Part shown: positions 9,127 to 19,200 of the stretch, piece after piece | Position numbering within the stretch: the stretch's first letter is position 1 | How the letters are laid out: every line of letters begins with the position of its first letter | Assembly: GCA_944322815.1 (NCBI GenBank) | Contig: CALUQB010000009.1 | Location: 12,027 to 76,026, forward strand | Origin: an uncultured Bacteroidales bacterium | GTDB lineage: Bacteria; Bacteroidota; Bacteroidia; Bacteroidales; UBA932 | Direction of reading: 5' to 3' | Length of the DNA: 64,000 nt | The notes under the pieces: generated by a model | Told to the model about the DNA's origin: nothing | Seen by the model: only the letters and a program-made list of their open reading frames with translations | The model's database searches: none | Made by a program: the position numbers and the translations under genes

Positions 9127-9539
9127 CCTTGAAACAGATTAACGTCAGTTCGATGAATTATTATACTCAGTACCGGAGACTTCGTCGAACTGACGTTACG
9201 ATTTCTTCGAAATCTCTTTCCTTTTACGTGTCACCCCTCCTGAACCATCCTAACCCCCTCTGTTCGCTTTCGAATGTCCCCCGGACATTCTCATAGAACC
9301 GCTCTCGACCCCTATTAAGCTATTTCATAGCTTTTCCTCGTTTCGCCTCGGATATAGCGGAATACATTCCGCTATACCTCTTGGCTTGTCACTCGGTTAG
9401 GGGGATCTCGCTCCTTCCAGTCGCGGTCACTTCGTGACTTTTGACCCACCCACCTTGCCTACGGATTCGTTTCCCGAATCCTCTACAGAGGCAGTCCTCC
9501 GAAATTCATTTCATTCATTTCTTCGAACTCACGTAGATC
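9127..9539. repeat. Hairpin-dense non-coding tract (REP/MITE-like or structured RNA)
   Basis: At least 7 short inverted repeats in about 410 bp, several with TTC (GAA on minus strand) triloops; no credible ORF. Confidence 0.55.
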
Positions 9540-9582
9540 AAAAACGGACCCGATGAAACCTCGGACGGATTTCACCGGATCC
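9540..9582 (-). terminator. Intrinsic terminator after the 1366-aa lipoprotein gene
   Basis: Minus strand GGATCCGGTGAAATC...GGTTTCATCGGGTCC (15-bp stem with G:U pairs) followed by GTTTTT. Confidence 0.65.
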
Positions 9583-9601
9583 ACCACAAATTACACTAAA
9601 A

Positions 9602-12600
9602 TTATTTACCGGACATGTCCGTCACTTCATAAGGTTTCTCCATGGCATATCTGGCAGCCTGTATGGCTATCGGAGCATTGGCATCCGTGACCGGAGTACT
9701 TCCGGTACCACCGGTCGAATAACGGAATGTGTTTCCGTCCATGTCGACACCGTATATCGGAGTGAAAAGCGTTTCGAATACCGTGCAGGCGGCACCGTAG
9801 CGCGAAATGCCGTAATCCATGTGATATCCGTCCCGAGTCAGGTTAAGGTCATTGTCCAGAGACGAAGTCCTCAGATTCTGAAGCATGGCTCCGGTGGAAA
9901 TGATACCGTCGAACGACACGTTCTCCATCACGTTCTTTCCGAAATCAGCTATGACATTCCACATGCCTTCCTGGTCTTCCCATTTGATGTAAGGCTTGGA
10001 AGCTGAACCTATCTTGCCCATGTCGTAGTAAGCCTGGGAGAGGATATACCAGAACTCCGGCATGCTTCCTGTCTGGGCTGCCTTCACCTTGTTTATGAGG
10101 CTCTGCATGTTGTTCTGAGCCTCTGTATTCCAGAGCCATGCCGCAGAATTTCCGGTATGTTCCTGTATGGTCACTATATCCCAGTTCCTGCTTTCCGCCA
10201 CGTCCTTGATGCTGTATCCGTTCGATGACGTCCACTGTGAGGCACCTGGACCGCAGTCATACCGTGTATATCCGGCAGACGAAGCCCATTCGGCATTGTA
10301 CTGGGACACCAGGTGGCCTCCGTAATACATGTGGGTGAGCTGTACCTTGTCCAGACCGGCGGCGGCCAGGATTCCGGGCAGATGCTCCACCGCGTCCTTG
10401 GTGAAGCTGTTTCCGATGAACAGGATGCTGAGTTCAGCATCGCCTGTTCCGGCTCCTGGATTCGTAGTGCCAACAAGCCATGTCATTCCCTGAAGGTCAG
10501 TGACCACACCGTCCTTTATCACGCCGAGATATTTCTCCTGCTCGGCCTCCGTATAGGAATCGTATACCGGATTCCCTCCGTTGTACGTACCTACCTTGCC
10601 GCCTGCAGTGCAGTTCTTCCAGGTGGCGGCGGCACTGTTATAGCCCCAGAAAAGCCCCCTGTTCGAATCATCGGAGAGTATGACACCGTAGTTCGCGCAG
10701 TTCTCGAAAATGGCGGTGTTCGTGAGAGACGATATGCCGCCCACTCTGGCACCGGTAGTGGAGGTAAGGTTCCCGTAATTCATACAGCCGGTAAGGGTGA
10801 CACCGGTACCTGTGTTGCAGGTGATGTTTCCGAGTCTTCCGCCTCCCTGCTTGAAGAACGTATTGGTCTGGTCGCCGTGATTCACGCAGTTGATCAGCCG
10901 GGTACTTCTGTTGCATGCGCCCGCAATACCTGCGGAACGTCCCGTGGCAGCCTGGATATCGCCGTAGTTCGAGCAGTCGGAAATGGTATTGACTACCGTA
11001 GCATCGGCAACCGCATGTGCAAACGAAACCACTCCGGCGATATGGTAGGCCTTGGCTCCCGACTGGTCGTTGTTGTCAGGATTTTCAGCAGTGATCTTGC
11101 CGTAATTGTGGCAGCTGTCAACAGTGACACCCTGGCCGGAAGAATAGACCTGGCCTATGAGAGCCATGCCCATAAAGTTGTTTCCGGCATGTCCCCTGAA
11201 TGTCATCGATGCATAGCTGGTAACGTCACGTACCGTCGCATCCCAAACATAGCCGGCCACCACGCCGCTGGCTAATGAAGCGGAAGCCGTGACTTCCAGA
11301 GAGCATGAAGCATCGAAATTGAGGTTCTGCACGGTGGATCCCGGTGCCAGGACTCCGAAAAATCCGTAGTTCTCGCCGGCAGTTGTCCCGTCGGATACGA
11401 GCCTGAGATTGCTTATGGTCTTGCCGTTGCCGTTGAAATTGCCTGTCCAGGCATTTCCGGTGATTTCCGCATCGGATGCTCCTGCAGGGCAGACGGCATT
11501 GCCGATAGGTGTCCAGTCATTGACGGAAGCCAGGTCGATATTGGCGTACATGTTCACGCCTCCGTCCTCAGCCTGCCATTTCTCGATGGAAGCTCCCGAA
11601 TTCACTGCCTGTGCGAATTCCAGCAGATCGGCGGCGGTGTAGATGCCGTTCGGCCTGTCTTCGGCGAAGAAGATGATGTTCGAGATTTTTTCGGCATTGG
11701 CATCGGCCTTGGCTCCGATATAGTCCATATAGTTGTCCGATGTCAGGACTTCCATCTGGAAGTCGCCTCCGTTGTAGCTTCCGATGCTTCCGCCGACTTT
11801 CACGTTGTCCACCCTGCCGATATTGCCGAACTGGCCGGCAATGATACCACGGTAGCCGGCATTGTCACAGACGATATTCCCGTAGCTTCCGCCTCCGGTG
11901 ATGACAGCCGTAGTGCTGTTCGGAAGGCATACCAGACCGCCGATACCTGATGACTGGGCGGTCATCACCGCATCACCGTAGTTCTCGCAGTCCTTAAGGA
12001 GACAGTTGTTCCCCATGATGGCAGTGATCTGCCCTGCCCTGGCTGCGGAACTGTTCGTCTGGTCTCCGTAGTTCTTGCATAATTCCAAAGTAGTATTTGC
12101 CTGCATGGTCGCCAGGATGCCGCAGGTACGAGGACAGGCGGAAATCATGTCCGCATAGTTCACGCAGCCGTACATCTGGTTGATGGATGAAGACGTATTC
12201 GAGAAGCCTGCTACTCCGCCTACCATGACGGAAGTTCCTCCGTTCTTGGTATTGTTGCCCGGGTCTGCGTTTATCGCGCCGTAATTGGTCAGATTCCTGA
12301 GATTGGAAGGAGTCTCGGCGCCATAGACATAGCCTGCGAAGCCGCCCACAGCTGTCCTCTTGTTGTCCGTAAGGTTTCCCTTGACATTGATCGGAGCATA
12401 GTTCACGCAGTTTTCCATGGTGGACGATATCATGGCCCCGGCAAAGACGCCTGCACTGGTGACTCCCGTAGCCGTGAAAGTGAATTCGCTATCATCCTTG
12501 TCCGATGCTCCTATGGTGAGATTCTTCACGGTAGCACCTTCGAGAATGCCGAAAAGTCCGTAAACCACATTTTCTCCCTGCAGGTCTGCGACCAGCCTGA

Positions 12601-13702
12601 AATTCCTGATGCTGTGGTTCTGACCGTCGAACGTACCCTTGTATGACACGCCTTCGTATGTAGTGCCGTTGAATGTTCCGTTTCCGATAGGAGTCCATGA
12701 CGTGATATCCTTCATGTCGATATCGTTCATCAGCTTGACGTTCATCCTGTCGGCTCCGGAACCGGAGTTGACATTCCGGGCGAACATGAGCAGTTCTTCC
12801 GCAGTACTGATCTCGACGTTGTCATTGGCCGCCCTTTCGAAGAACACAGGCCTCAGGACCGTATGTCCGTTGAAATCGTCAGCCAGAATGATGACATAGC
12901 CTGAATTTTCCAGAGCGGTGAGAGTCACGGTCTTGTCGTCCCTGTCGATTTCCGCTTCAGCTCCATCCACTTCAGCTACTGCCACCATGGCACTGCCGGC
13001 ATTCGTACCGGTAGTTTCATACGTGATCTTCAGGGAAGTGGCCGTATAGGCTATCGTGGTATTTATTGTAGCGGAAAGCTCCAGATTCAGGGCATTCTGC
13101 ACCGGCACGGTGATGACGGAACCGTCTCCCTGGGTGATTTCGAGATTCCCCTCAGGATTCACCTCCACGCTTTTGAAGACGCAGCTTTCTCCGTCATTGG
13201 CCTCTATAGGATTTCCGGCAGGGTCATTGATCCTCTGTCCGTTTACCGTCCAGTAACCTTCGGCGTCCACGGATATTTTCGGTGTATAACCGCTCACAGG
13301 GACTTTCCCGCCTTCGTTTTCCAGAAAGGAAGTCTGTCCGTCGACAGTCACCGTCCAGTAATAAAGGTTGTTCTGAGAATCCAGTTCCACGCCCAGTACA
13401 GGAGCATTTATCATCTGGTCCATGGTGGCGATGACCACCGTCTTAGCTTCACCGTTGCTGTCGAGATATGATATCACATACTTTCCGTCCGAATCCTGCG
13501 ATACGGAAGTAATGACGTTTCCGGAGGTGATATGGCTCAAGGACGCGAGCTGTCCGTTCATGGCATCCACCCTGCCCTGCAGTCTTTCTATGCGGTCCTT
13601 GATCCCGTCTATCTGGCTCTGAAGCTCGGCTTCTACATTCGTACAGGCCAAGGCAAACATGAAGATAAGTGCCAGGAACATATATTTGATAATTTTATTC
13701 AT
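9602..13702 (-). CDS. Surface lipoprotein: PL29-N/DUF4988-like N-terminus, two beta-helix (GLUG-like) modules, C-terminal SGNH/DUF4886-like domain
   Basis: Lipobox ALAC; coiled coil; YWTVNG motif; two xTAxxLxxFAxxVNSG modules; ILFIGNSF...DGYH. Confidence 0.85.
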   Translation of the reverse strand: MNKIIKYMFLALIFMFALACTNVEAELQSQIDGIKDRIERLQGRVDAMNGQLASLSHITSGNVITSVSQDSDGKYVISYLDSNGEAKTVVIATMDQMINAPVLGVELDSQNNLYYWTVTVDGQTSFLENEGGKVPVSGYTPKISVDAEGYWTVNGQRINDPAGNPIEANDGESCVFKSVEVNPEGNLEITQGDGSVITVPVQNALNLELSATINTTIAYTATSLKITYETTGTNAGSAMVAVAEVDGAEAEIDRDDKTVTLTALENSGYVIILADDFNGHTVLRPVFFERAANDNVEISTAEELLMFARNVNSGSGADRMNVKLMNDIDMKDITSWTPIGNGTFNGTTYEGVSYKGTFDGQNHSIRNFRLVADLQGENVVYGLFGILEGATVKNLTIGASDKDDSEFTFTATGVTSAGVFAGAMISSTMENCVNYAPINVKGNLTDNKRTAVGGFAGYVYGAETPSNLRNLTNYGAINADPGNNTKNGGTSVMVGGVAGFSNTSSSINQMYGCVNYADMISACPRTCGILATMQANTTLELCKNYGDQTNSSAARAGQITAIMGNNCLLKDCENYGDAVMTAQSSGIGGLVCLPNSTTAVITGGGSYGNIVCDNAGYRGIIAGQFGNIGRVDNVKVGGSIGSYNGGDFQMEVLTSDNYMDYIGAKADANAEKISNIIFFAEDRPNGIYTAADLLEFAQAVNSGASIEKWQAEDGGVNMYANIDLASVNDWTPIGNAVCPAGASDAEITGNAWTGNFNGNGKTISNLRLVSDGTTAGENYGFFGVLAPGSTVQNLNFDASCSLEVTASASLASGVVAGYVWDATVRDVTSYASMTFRGHAGNNFMGMALIGQVYSSGQGVTVDSCHNYGKITAENPDNNDQSGAKAYHIAGVVSFAHAVADATVVNTISDCSNYGDIQAATGRSAGIAGACNRSTRLINCVNHGDQTNTFFKQGGGRLGNITCNTGTGVTLTGCMNYGNLTSTTGARVGGISSLTNTAIFENCANYGVILSDDSNRGLFWGYNSAAATWKNCTAGGKVGTYNGGNPVYDSYTEAEQEKYLGVIKDGVVTDLQGMTWLVGTTNPGAGTGDAELSILFIGNSFTKDAVEHLPGILAAAGLDKVQLTHMYYGGHLVSQYNAEWASSAGYTRYDCGPGASQWTSSNGYSIKDVAESRNWDIVTIQEHTGNSAAWLWNTEAQNNMQSLINKVKAAQTGSMPEFWYILSQAYYDMGKIGSASKPYIKWEDQEGMWNVIADFGKNVMENVSFDGIISTGAMLQNLRTSSLDNDLNLTRDGYHMDYGISRYGAACTVFETLFTPIYGVDMDGNTFRYSTGGTGSTPVTDANAPIAIQAARYAMEKPYEVTDMSGK

Positions 13703-13714
13703 AAAGCGATGGTT

Positions 13715-16192
13715 TTATAAATTAAGCGAAGGATCGAAATTGTCGGCATTCTTGTAGCATACCGCATTGTCATTCGTAGCTTCAGGAGCTGATGCAGGAT
13801 CATCCTTGTAGGTATCCCAGTCTCCTACCTTGCCGCCCCTTGCACATGAAGTGATGAGGGCTTTCGAACCGTTGTAGCCGCATGCCCATCCAGGTCCGTG
13901 CTGAGGCTCACCCTGATCGTTCACGGTAGTGTTCGCCAGGATGATACCCTTGTTCACACAGCCTGTGATGGTAGCCTGGTTGTGACCTACGAAACCTCCG
14001 GTCCGGCATCCGAGCTGCGAGAATACGTTTCCGCTGTTCGTACAGTACTCGATCCTTATGCCTTTCTGGTTTGTCACTGTACCTCCGACAAGTCCTCCCA
14101 TACGTTTCAGGTTAGCCTTGTCCTTTGCTCCTCCGTACTGGCCAACGGCATCGTCCTGGATGAGACCGTAGTTCGTACAGTTGGAAACCACAGTGACAGC
14201 CACTTCGGATGTTCCTCCGCCTATGGTGGCGACAATACCGCCTCCACGACCTGTAGGTGCACTTACTTCACCGTAGTTGTCGCAGTAGTCGATCTTGAGT
14301 TCCACGTCATTTACCGCAAGAGTGAAGCCCACGATTCCGGCCACCTGCATTCCGCGGCCTCCGTTCTCGGTATTGGTGATGGCCCCTGTCTTGACAGAAC
14401 CGTAGTTCTTCACCGGTTCGTCCTTGCTTCCCACAGTCATAGGAGCCTTCACAGTTCCGGCGATACCGCCAAGCATCATGAGTGCGGAACAGTCTCCCGG
14501 CACCGCAGCATTCTTGTCTGCGAGCACGACGTTCACGTTGTTTGTTATTCCAGTTATCACTGACGACTCGGCATAACCGGCCAGGGCGCCGACAGATACC
14601 ACATTCATGGTAGCTCCTGTCACGGTGATCCTGTCTCCCTCCTTGCCGAGAACAAGATTCTTGACCGTAGCTCCCTGCAATGCTCCGAAGAATCCGAACA
14701 GATCCGCCTTGGTGACATCGTATGTCCAGTTGATGCCGGTGATGGCATATCCCTGCCCGTTGAATACGCCCGTAAACGGATTCGTCAGGGTATATGCAGG
14801 CGAACCGGACGCTGTTCCGGAGCCTATAGGCGTCCATTCGGTCAGAGCAGATACGTCGATATCGTTCAGAAGCACGACTTCTCCGGCCTCGTTCTGCCAG
14901 CGTGTCGTACTTGATCCGGTATTCACAGCCTGTACGAAAGCCGTCAGGTCGGCTCCGGTGGAAATACCCGGAACTACAGGACCTTCAGGGACCACAGGAG
15001 ACTGGCGGACCTTGACTTCCACTGTCACGTCATAGAGATCATTGCGGAAGATAATGGTACCCACGCGGTCCGCACCCGAATCACTCTCGTAATAGTCAGC
15101 GACGAACGAGTGTACGGTAGTCACCATTTCAGCCTTTGTGGAAGGTGCTTCCCTGAGCCAGTCGGAGCAATCTTCCGAAATGCTCATCGTATAGTCTATG
15201 TTGTGCGATACTTCTATTTCGAACTCGGTCAGTTCCCCCTCAAGCTGGATTTCCGCTCCGGTTCCGTATTCGTCATCCCATACCGGTTTCTGGATCTCCG
15301 CTGTCCCGGCAGTGAAGAACAGAGGCTTGAGCACCACATTCTCTCCTGCCGAAACCATGATGACCGTATTTCCTTCTTCCGCACCGTCGGCAAGGGTCAC
15401 GTTCACGGTGCGGGCGTACTTGTCGATTTCCACAGTCACATTATAGGCCGTGAACCAGTCCACTATGGCTTCATCCGCCTGCGTACCGGTCACGGTATAC
15501 GCGATTTTCGTCTGCACTGCAGGATCCGGCACCGCTATGATGGACGGGGCATCGAATTCGATCCCGAGAGCTTCGAACATGCGGACACTGAATGATGAGC
15601 CTCCGGCCAATGAGAATATGACCATACCGGATTCCTCGTCATATTCCACACCCGTAAACAGTCTGTTCGATGCATCGTCAGCCAATACAGGTTCGCCGTC
15701 GGAGCCAAGTGCACGCTCGCCGTTCACTGTCCAGTATCCGTCAGCATCGATGCCGACTTCCGGTTCAGTACCGCCGACCGGCATTTTCTTCCCGGCATCG
15801 TCCAGAATCCAGTCCCATGTCTTCCCGTTGTCGGAAGTCAGACACCAATAAAGTCTGCCGTCCTCGTCGGTCTGCGTGCCTATGAGAGGAGATGTCACGA
15901 CGTCGCTGCCAAGTGCCAGAGTGACTGTCTTCACTTCGCCGCCGTCTTCCATATAGCTTATCACCTGATTTCCTTCTTCGTCTGTTCCGATATAGGAAAC
16001 AAAGGTGCTGTTGATCAGTTCAGTCAGGGATGACATCTGGTCTTCCAGGTCCGTCATCGTCTGTTCATAGCCGGAAAGTTCCGCATCCACTTTTCCTATC
16101 TCTTCCCTCAACAGCGAGTCATCGTACGAGCAGGAAAAAAGGAGGGACAGTCCGGAAACAAATGAGATTATATGTGATAATTTTTTCATCAT
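13715..16192 (-). CDS. Surface lipoprotein: PL29-N/DUF4988-like N-terminus, BACON-like spacer, one beta-helix module
   Basis: Start reassigned from 16306 to ATG 16192 (MMKKLSHII..., lipobox LFSC), which removes the overlap with the upstream gene; paralogous to both neighbours. Confidence 0.85.
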   Translation of the reverse strand: MMKKLSHIISFVSGLSLLFSCSYDDSLLREEIGKVDAELSGYEQTMTDLEDQMSSLTELINSTFVSYIGTDEEGNQVISYMEDGGEVKTVTLALGSDVVTSPLIGTQTDEDGRLYWCLTSDNGKTWDWILDDAGKKMPVGGTEPEVGIDADGYWTVNGERALGSDGEPVLADDASNRLFTGVEYDEESGMVIFSLAGGSSFSVRMFEALGIEFDAPSIIAVPDPAVQTKIAYTVTGTQADEAIVDWFTAYNVTVEIDKYARTVNVTLADGAEEGNTVIMVSAGENVVLKPLFFTAGTAEIQKPVWDDEYGTGAEIQLEGELTEFEIEVSHNIDYTMSISEDCSDWLREAPSTKAEMVTTVHSFVADYYESDSGADRVGTIIFRNDLYDVTVEVKVRQSPVVPEGPVVPGISTGADLTAFVQAVNTGSSTTRWQNEAGEVVLLNDIDVSALTEWTPIGSGTASGSPAYTLTNPFTGVFNGQGYAITGINWTYDVTKADLFGFFGALQGATVKNLVLGKEGDRITVTGATMNVVSVGALAGYAESSVITGITNNVNVVLADKNAAVPGDCSALMMLGGIAGTVKAPMTVGSKDEPVKNYGSVKTGAITNTENGGRGMQVAGIVGFTLAVNDVELKIDYCDNYGEVSAPTGRGGGIVATIGGGTSEVAVTVVSNCTNYGLIQDDAVGQYGGAKDKANLKRMGGLVGGTVTNQKGIRIEYCTNSGNVFSQLGCRTGGFVGHNQATITGCVNKGIILANTTVNDQGEPQHGPGWACGYNGSKALITSCARGGKVGDWDTYKDDPASAPEATNDNAVCYKNADNFDPSLNL

Positions 16193-16209
16193 CGTACAGT
16201 TTGATGTTA

Positions 16210-19200
16210 TTACTTCTTCCGGATATAGATGTAGTTCATGCAACTGCGCTCGCCATTGCTGTCTGACGGGGTGCTGACCAGTTTGCCGCCGTCCGTATTG
16301 ACCCACATGGCGGAAGAGCCGCCACCGTCAAAACGAGTCATGTTGTATGCTCCGAACATCTCGGCTATCCTGTATGTTTCGTAAGCCTTGACACCCATGG
16401 ATGTCCATACTCCGGCGGACAAGTCTATCTGACGGCCGTCCACCTCGAAGAACCAGAGTTTCGATCCTGACTGATCCACGCCCACGAATGTCATCGGATC
16501 GTATTTGGTATTGTTCGTATTCGTAGCCGAAATGCTTCCGATATTGTCCTTCCCGTTCAGCAGGAACTGGTACATGGTGGAATTCTGGGTGTAAATGCTC
16601 TTGTACTGCCCGCCTACCGAAACATCCGCCTTGATCTTTATGATATCCCCGGTCTTGACGGCCGCTGCCACCTCGTCTGCCACAGCCCCGGTAAGCTGGA
16701 TAGCCACTTCGTCTTCACCGGTCAGATAAGGAGCCTTTTCCAGTGCAGCAGTACGGCCGTCGTACACGGCAGTGACGGTCGCTTCCGCATATCCTTCATT
16801 CACTTTCACAGGGGAGCCGGTATATTCCGCCACTACATAAAGGGCGGTCCTGCTCAGAGGGTTCGTGATTTCAGGATGGTCGGCATGAGGGAATTCCCTG
16901 TATCTCGAAGTATAGATATTGGCCATATAGGTCTTGTGTCCGTTCCGGACAATGGTGTCGTTTACCGAATAGTACTCGTATTCCTTTCCTCCGGCTTCGA
17001 ATGTACCCTTGAATTCTTTCTGGCTGCAGCTTGCAGTCCCGTCGGCAAATACGGTAAAGGCCCATCTGTGATTCGTAAGGGCGCTTCTGACGCCCTGGTT
17101 GTTGATGAAGACCGGTTCGCCTTCCTCTATGTGAAGACCGCGAGGGAAGCCGTCGTTCGAGTCGAAGAATCCCGTATTGAAACCTGCCAGGACGTTTTCG
17201 CCTTCGGCAAGTTTGCGCGCACAGAGCTGGGAAAGAGTCTCGCGGATGACGAATCCGTTGTTCGAATTCCTGTTCGCATTCGGATTCGGCACGATATCGT
17301 CAGCGATCGCAGTGGTCACTTCTATCTCAGGACTAGAGAGGTCCACTTCCAGGACATGCATCTTTCTCGGGACATTCGTCCAGTCATAAGATGTGTACTT
17401 GAGTCCCTGCGCCAGCTGTATGACAGCCGTTTCAGTCATCTCGTAATAGAAATCCTTCGTCCAGTCCACCATGTTGTCCTCAGGATCGTATCTCTTCAGA
17501 TTCTGATATTTCACGGCATTGTAATGCGATGAATACGGTGCTGTTTCAGGGCTGTCCTTCATGGAAATGTCTCCTACATGACCGTTGCCCGTACAGCCGG
17601 TGATATCGCTGCTGCCGCCGGTAAAACCGCAGGCCCAGCCTGCGCCATGGTCATCATGAGCATTGAGAGAGAATATGTTTCCGTTGTTCGTGCAGCCCTT
17701 GATGATGAATCCGGCATTGTTATGTCCCGCGAATCCGCCTGTCCGGCAGCCAATGTATGATATCACCGTACCGTTGTTAGTACAGTTTTCGATGGTTCCC
17801 GTTCCGGAAGTACCTCCGACAAGTCCGCCCATACGTTTTTTGCCATACTCTGTCGCGGCTCCGCCGAACTGTCCCGCACGGTCATCTTCTATGGTACCAT
17901 TGTTCGTACAGCCTGTCATCGAACCGCCTGCCAGCGTCGCGACGATACCGCCGCCACGGCCTGTAGGAGCTGAGAGGTCTCCGTTGTTTTCACTGTCCGT
18001 TATGGTGACGGAGGATCTGCCGTAGCCGACTATGCCGCCTATCTGGAATCCGTCTCCGCCATTCTGGGTATTGGCGAGCTTGTCGACGTGGATGTCGGCA
18101 TTGTTCGTACATTTCCTGACAGTCAGGCCTGAGGCATCGGCCACGATACCGGCAACACACACTACTATCTTTTCACCTTCTTCCGCACCGAATACGAAGG
18201 ATACGTTGTTCGTACAGTTTTCGACTGTGGAATTTTCCAGAGAATTCGCCGCCACTCCTGCTATCGCGGTACCTGTCGCGGCTTTTCCGGTGACAGCCCA
18301 CTCGTCACCCTCGCTTCCTACGGTAAGGTTCTTCACAGTGGCGTTTTTCAACGCTCCGAAGATTCCGACATACGGCTGCGAAGTGACATCCGTAGTCAGA
18401 CCGATATTCTTTATGGCGAAGCCCTGTCCGTCAAAGACTCCTTCGAAAGGATGCTCCGCAGTACCAGCGGCGATATATGAATCCGTTCCTGTCATGTCCA
18501 CATCCGAAAGGAGGACTACCGATCCTTCTTCATTCATGAAACGAGTCAGGCTGGCTCCGGCATTCACCGCTGCCGCAAACATGGCCAGATCATCCGCTGT
18601 CTTGATGCCGTAGTATTCCGGCACCGCCGACTTGTCTTCGACATAAACCGGACGTATGATCACATTTCCGTCCGCATCCACGGCCATGAGGGCGAAGCTG
18701 CCGGACTCGAAGCCTGAGGCGAAGGTGATGGTCAGGGTCCCGGCAGACGCATCGAGGGAAACTTCCAGATTTTCCTGGCGCATGGCCTTGATGATGACCT
18801 GGTCAGCCGCAGGTCCGCCTATCGTATAGGATATTGTGGCCGGAACTGTCGAGGTCTCTACCTGAAGCCGGTTCATGATCTCCTTCCCGGAATATACGAG
18901 ACTGATGTTGAAGGCCTCGAAAACAGGGACCGTGACTGTGGAACCGTCTGCGAGTGTCAATACGGCGTTGCCGCTGCCGTCCTTTTCTATGGCCGAAATC
19001 ACCGAAGCCGGCTTTCCTTCAGCCTTTATCTTGTTTCCTGATGCATCCAGGAGAGGATTTCCGTTCACACACCAGTACCCGTCACTGTCTGTCGTGAAAA
19101 GAGGGCTCCTTCCGGCTACCGGGATCTTCGCCCCGTCGGTATCTTTCAGGAAATCAGTCTGACCGTCCGTTGTCATGGTCCAGTACAGGATCCCGTTTTC

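Noticed and set aside
9140-9198. Invertible promoter (phase variation) between the inverted repeats
   Set aside because: The 23-nt spacer is too short and has no TAnnTTTG on either strand; no recombinase gene is in the window.
9127-9601. Possible CRISPR array, tRNA, RNase P RNA, tmRNA or group II intron remnant
   Set aside because: No regularly spaced direct repeats, cloverleaf or T-loop, RNase P GAGGAAAGUCC motif or intron domain V was found; no cas or RT gene is nearby.
10313-11275. Long antisense ORFs in the track (320 aa here; also 20190-21344, 47320-48543, 39164-40054, 7413-8255, 25970-26779, 58231-59016)
   Set aside because: Each lies fully opposite a well-supported gene, has no motifs and has atypical composition; these are shadow frames expected from the codon bias of the real genes.
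16193-16306. Apparent 97-nt overlap between the NAGPA gene and the next ORF
   Set aside because: Artefact of the longest-ORF start; the signal peptide and lipobox place the start at 16192.
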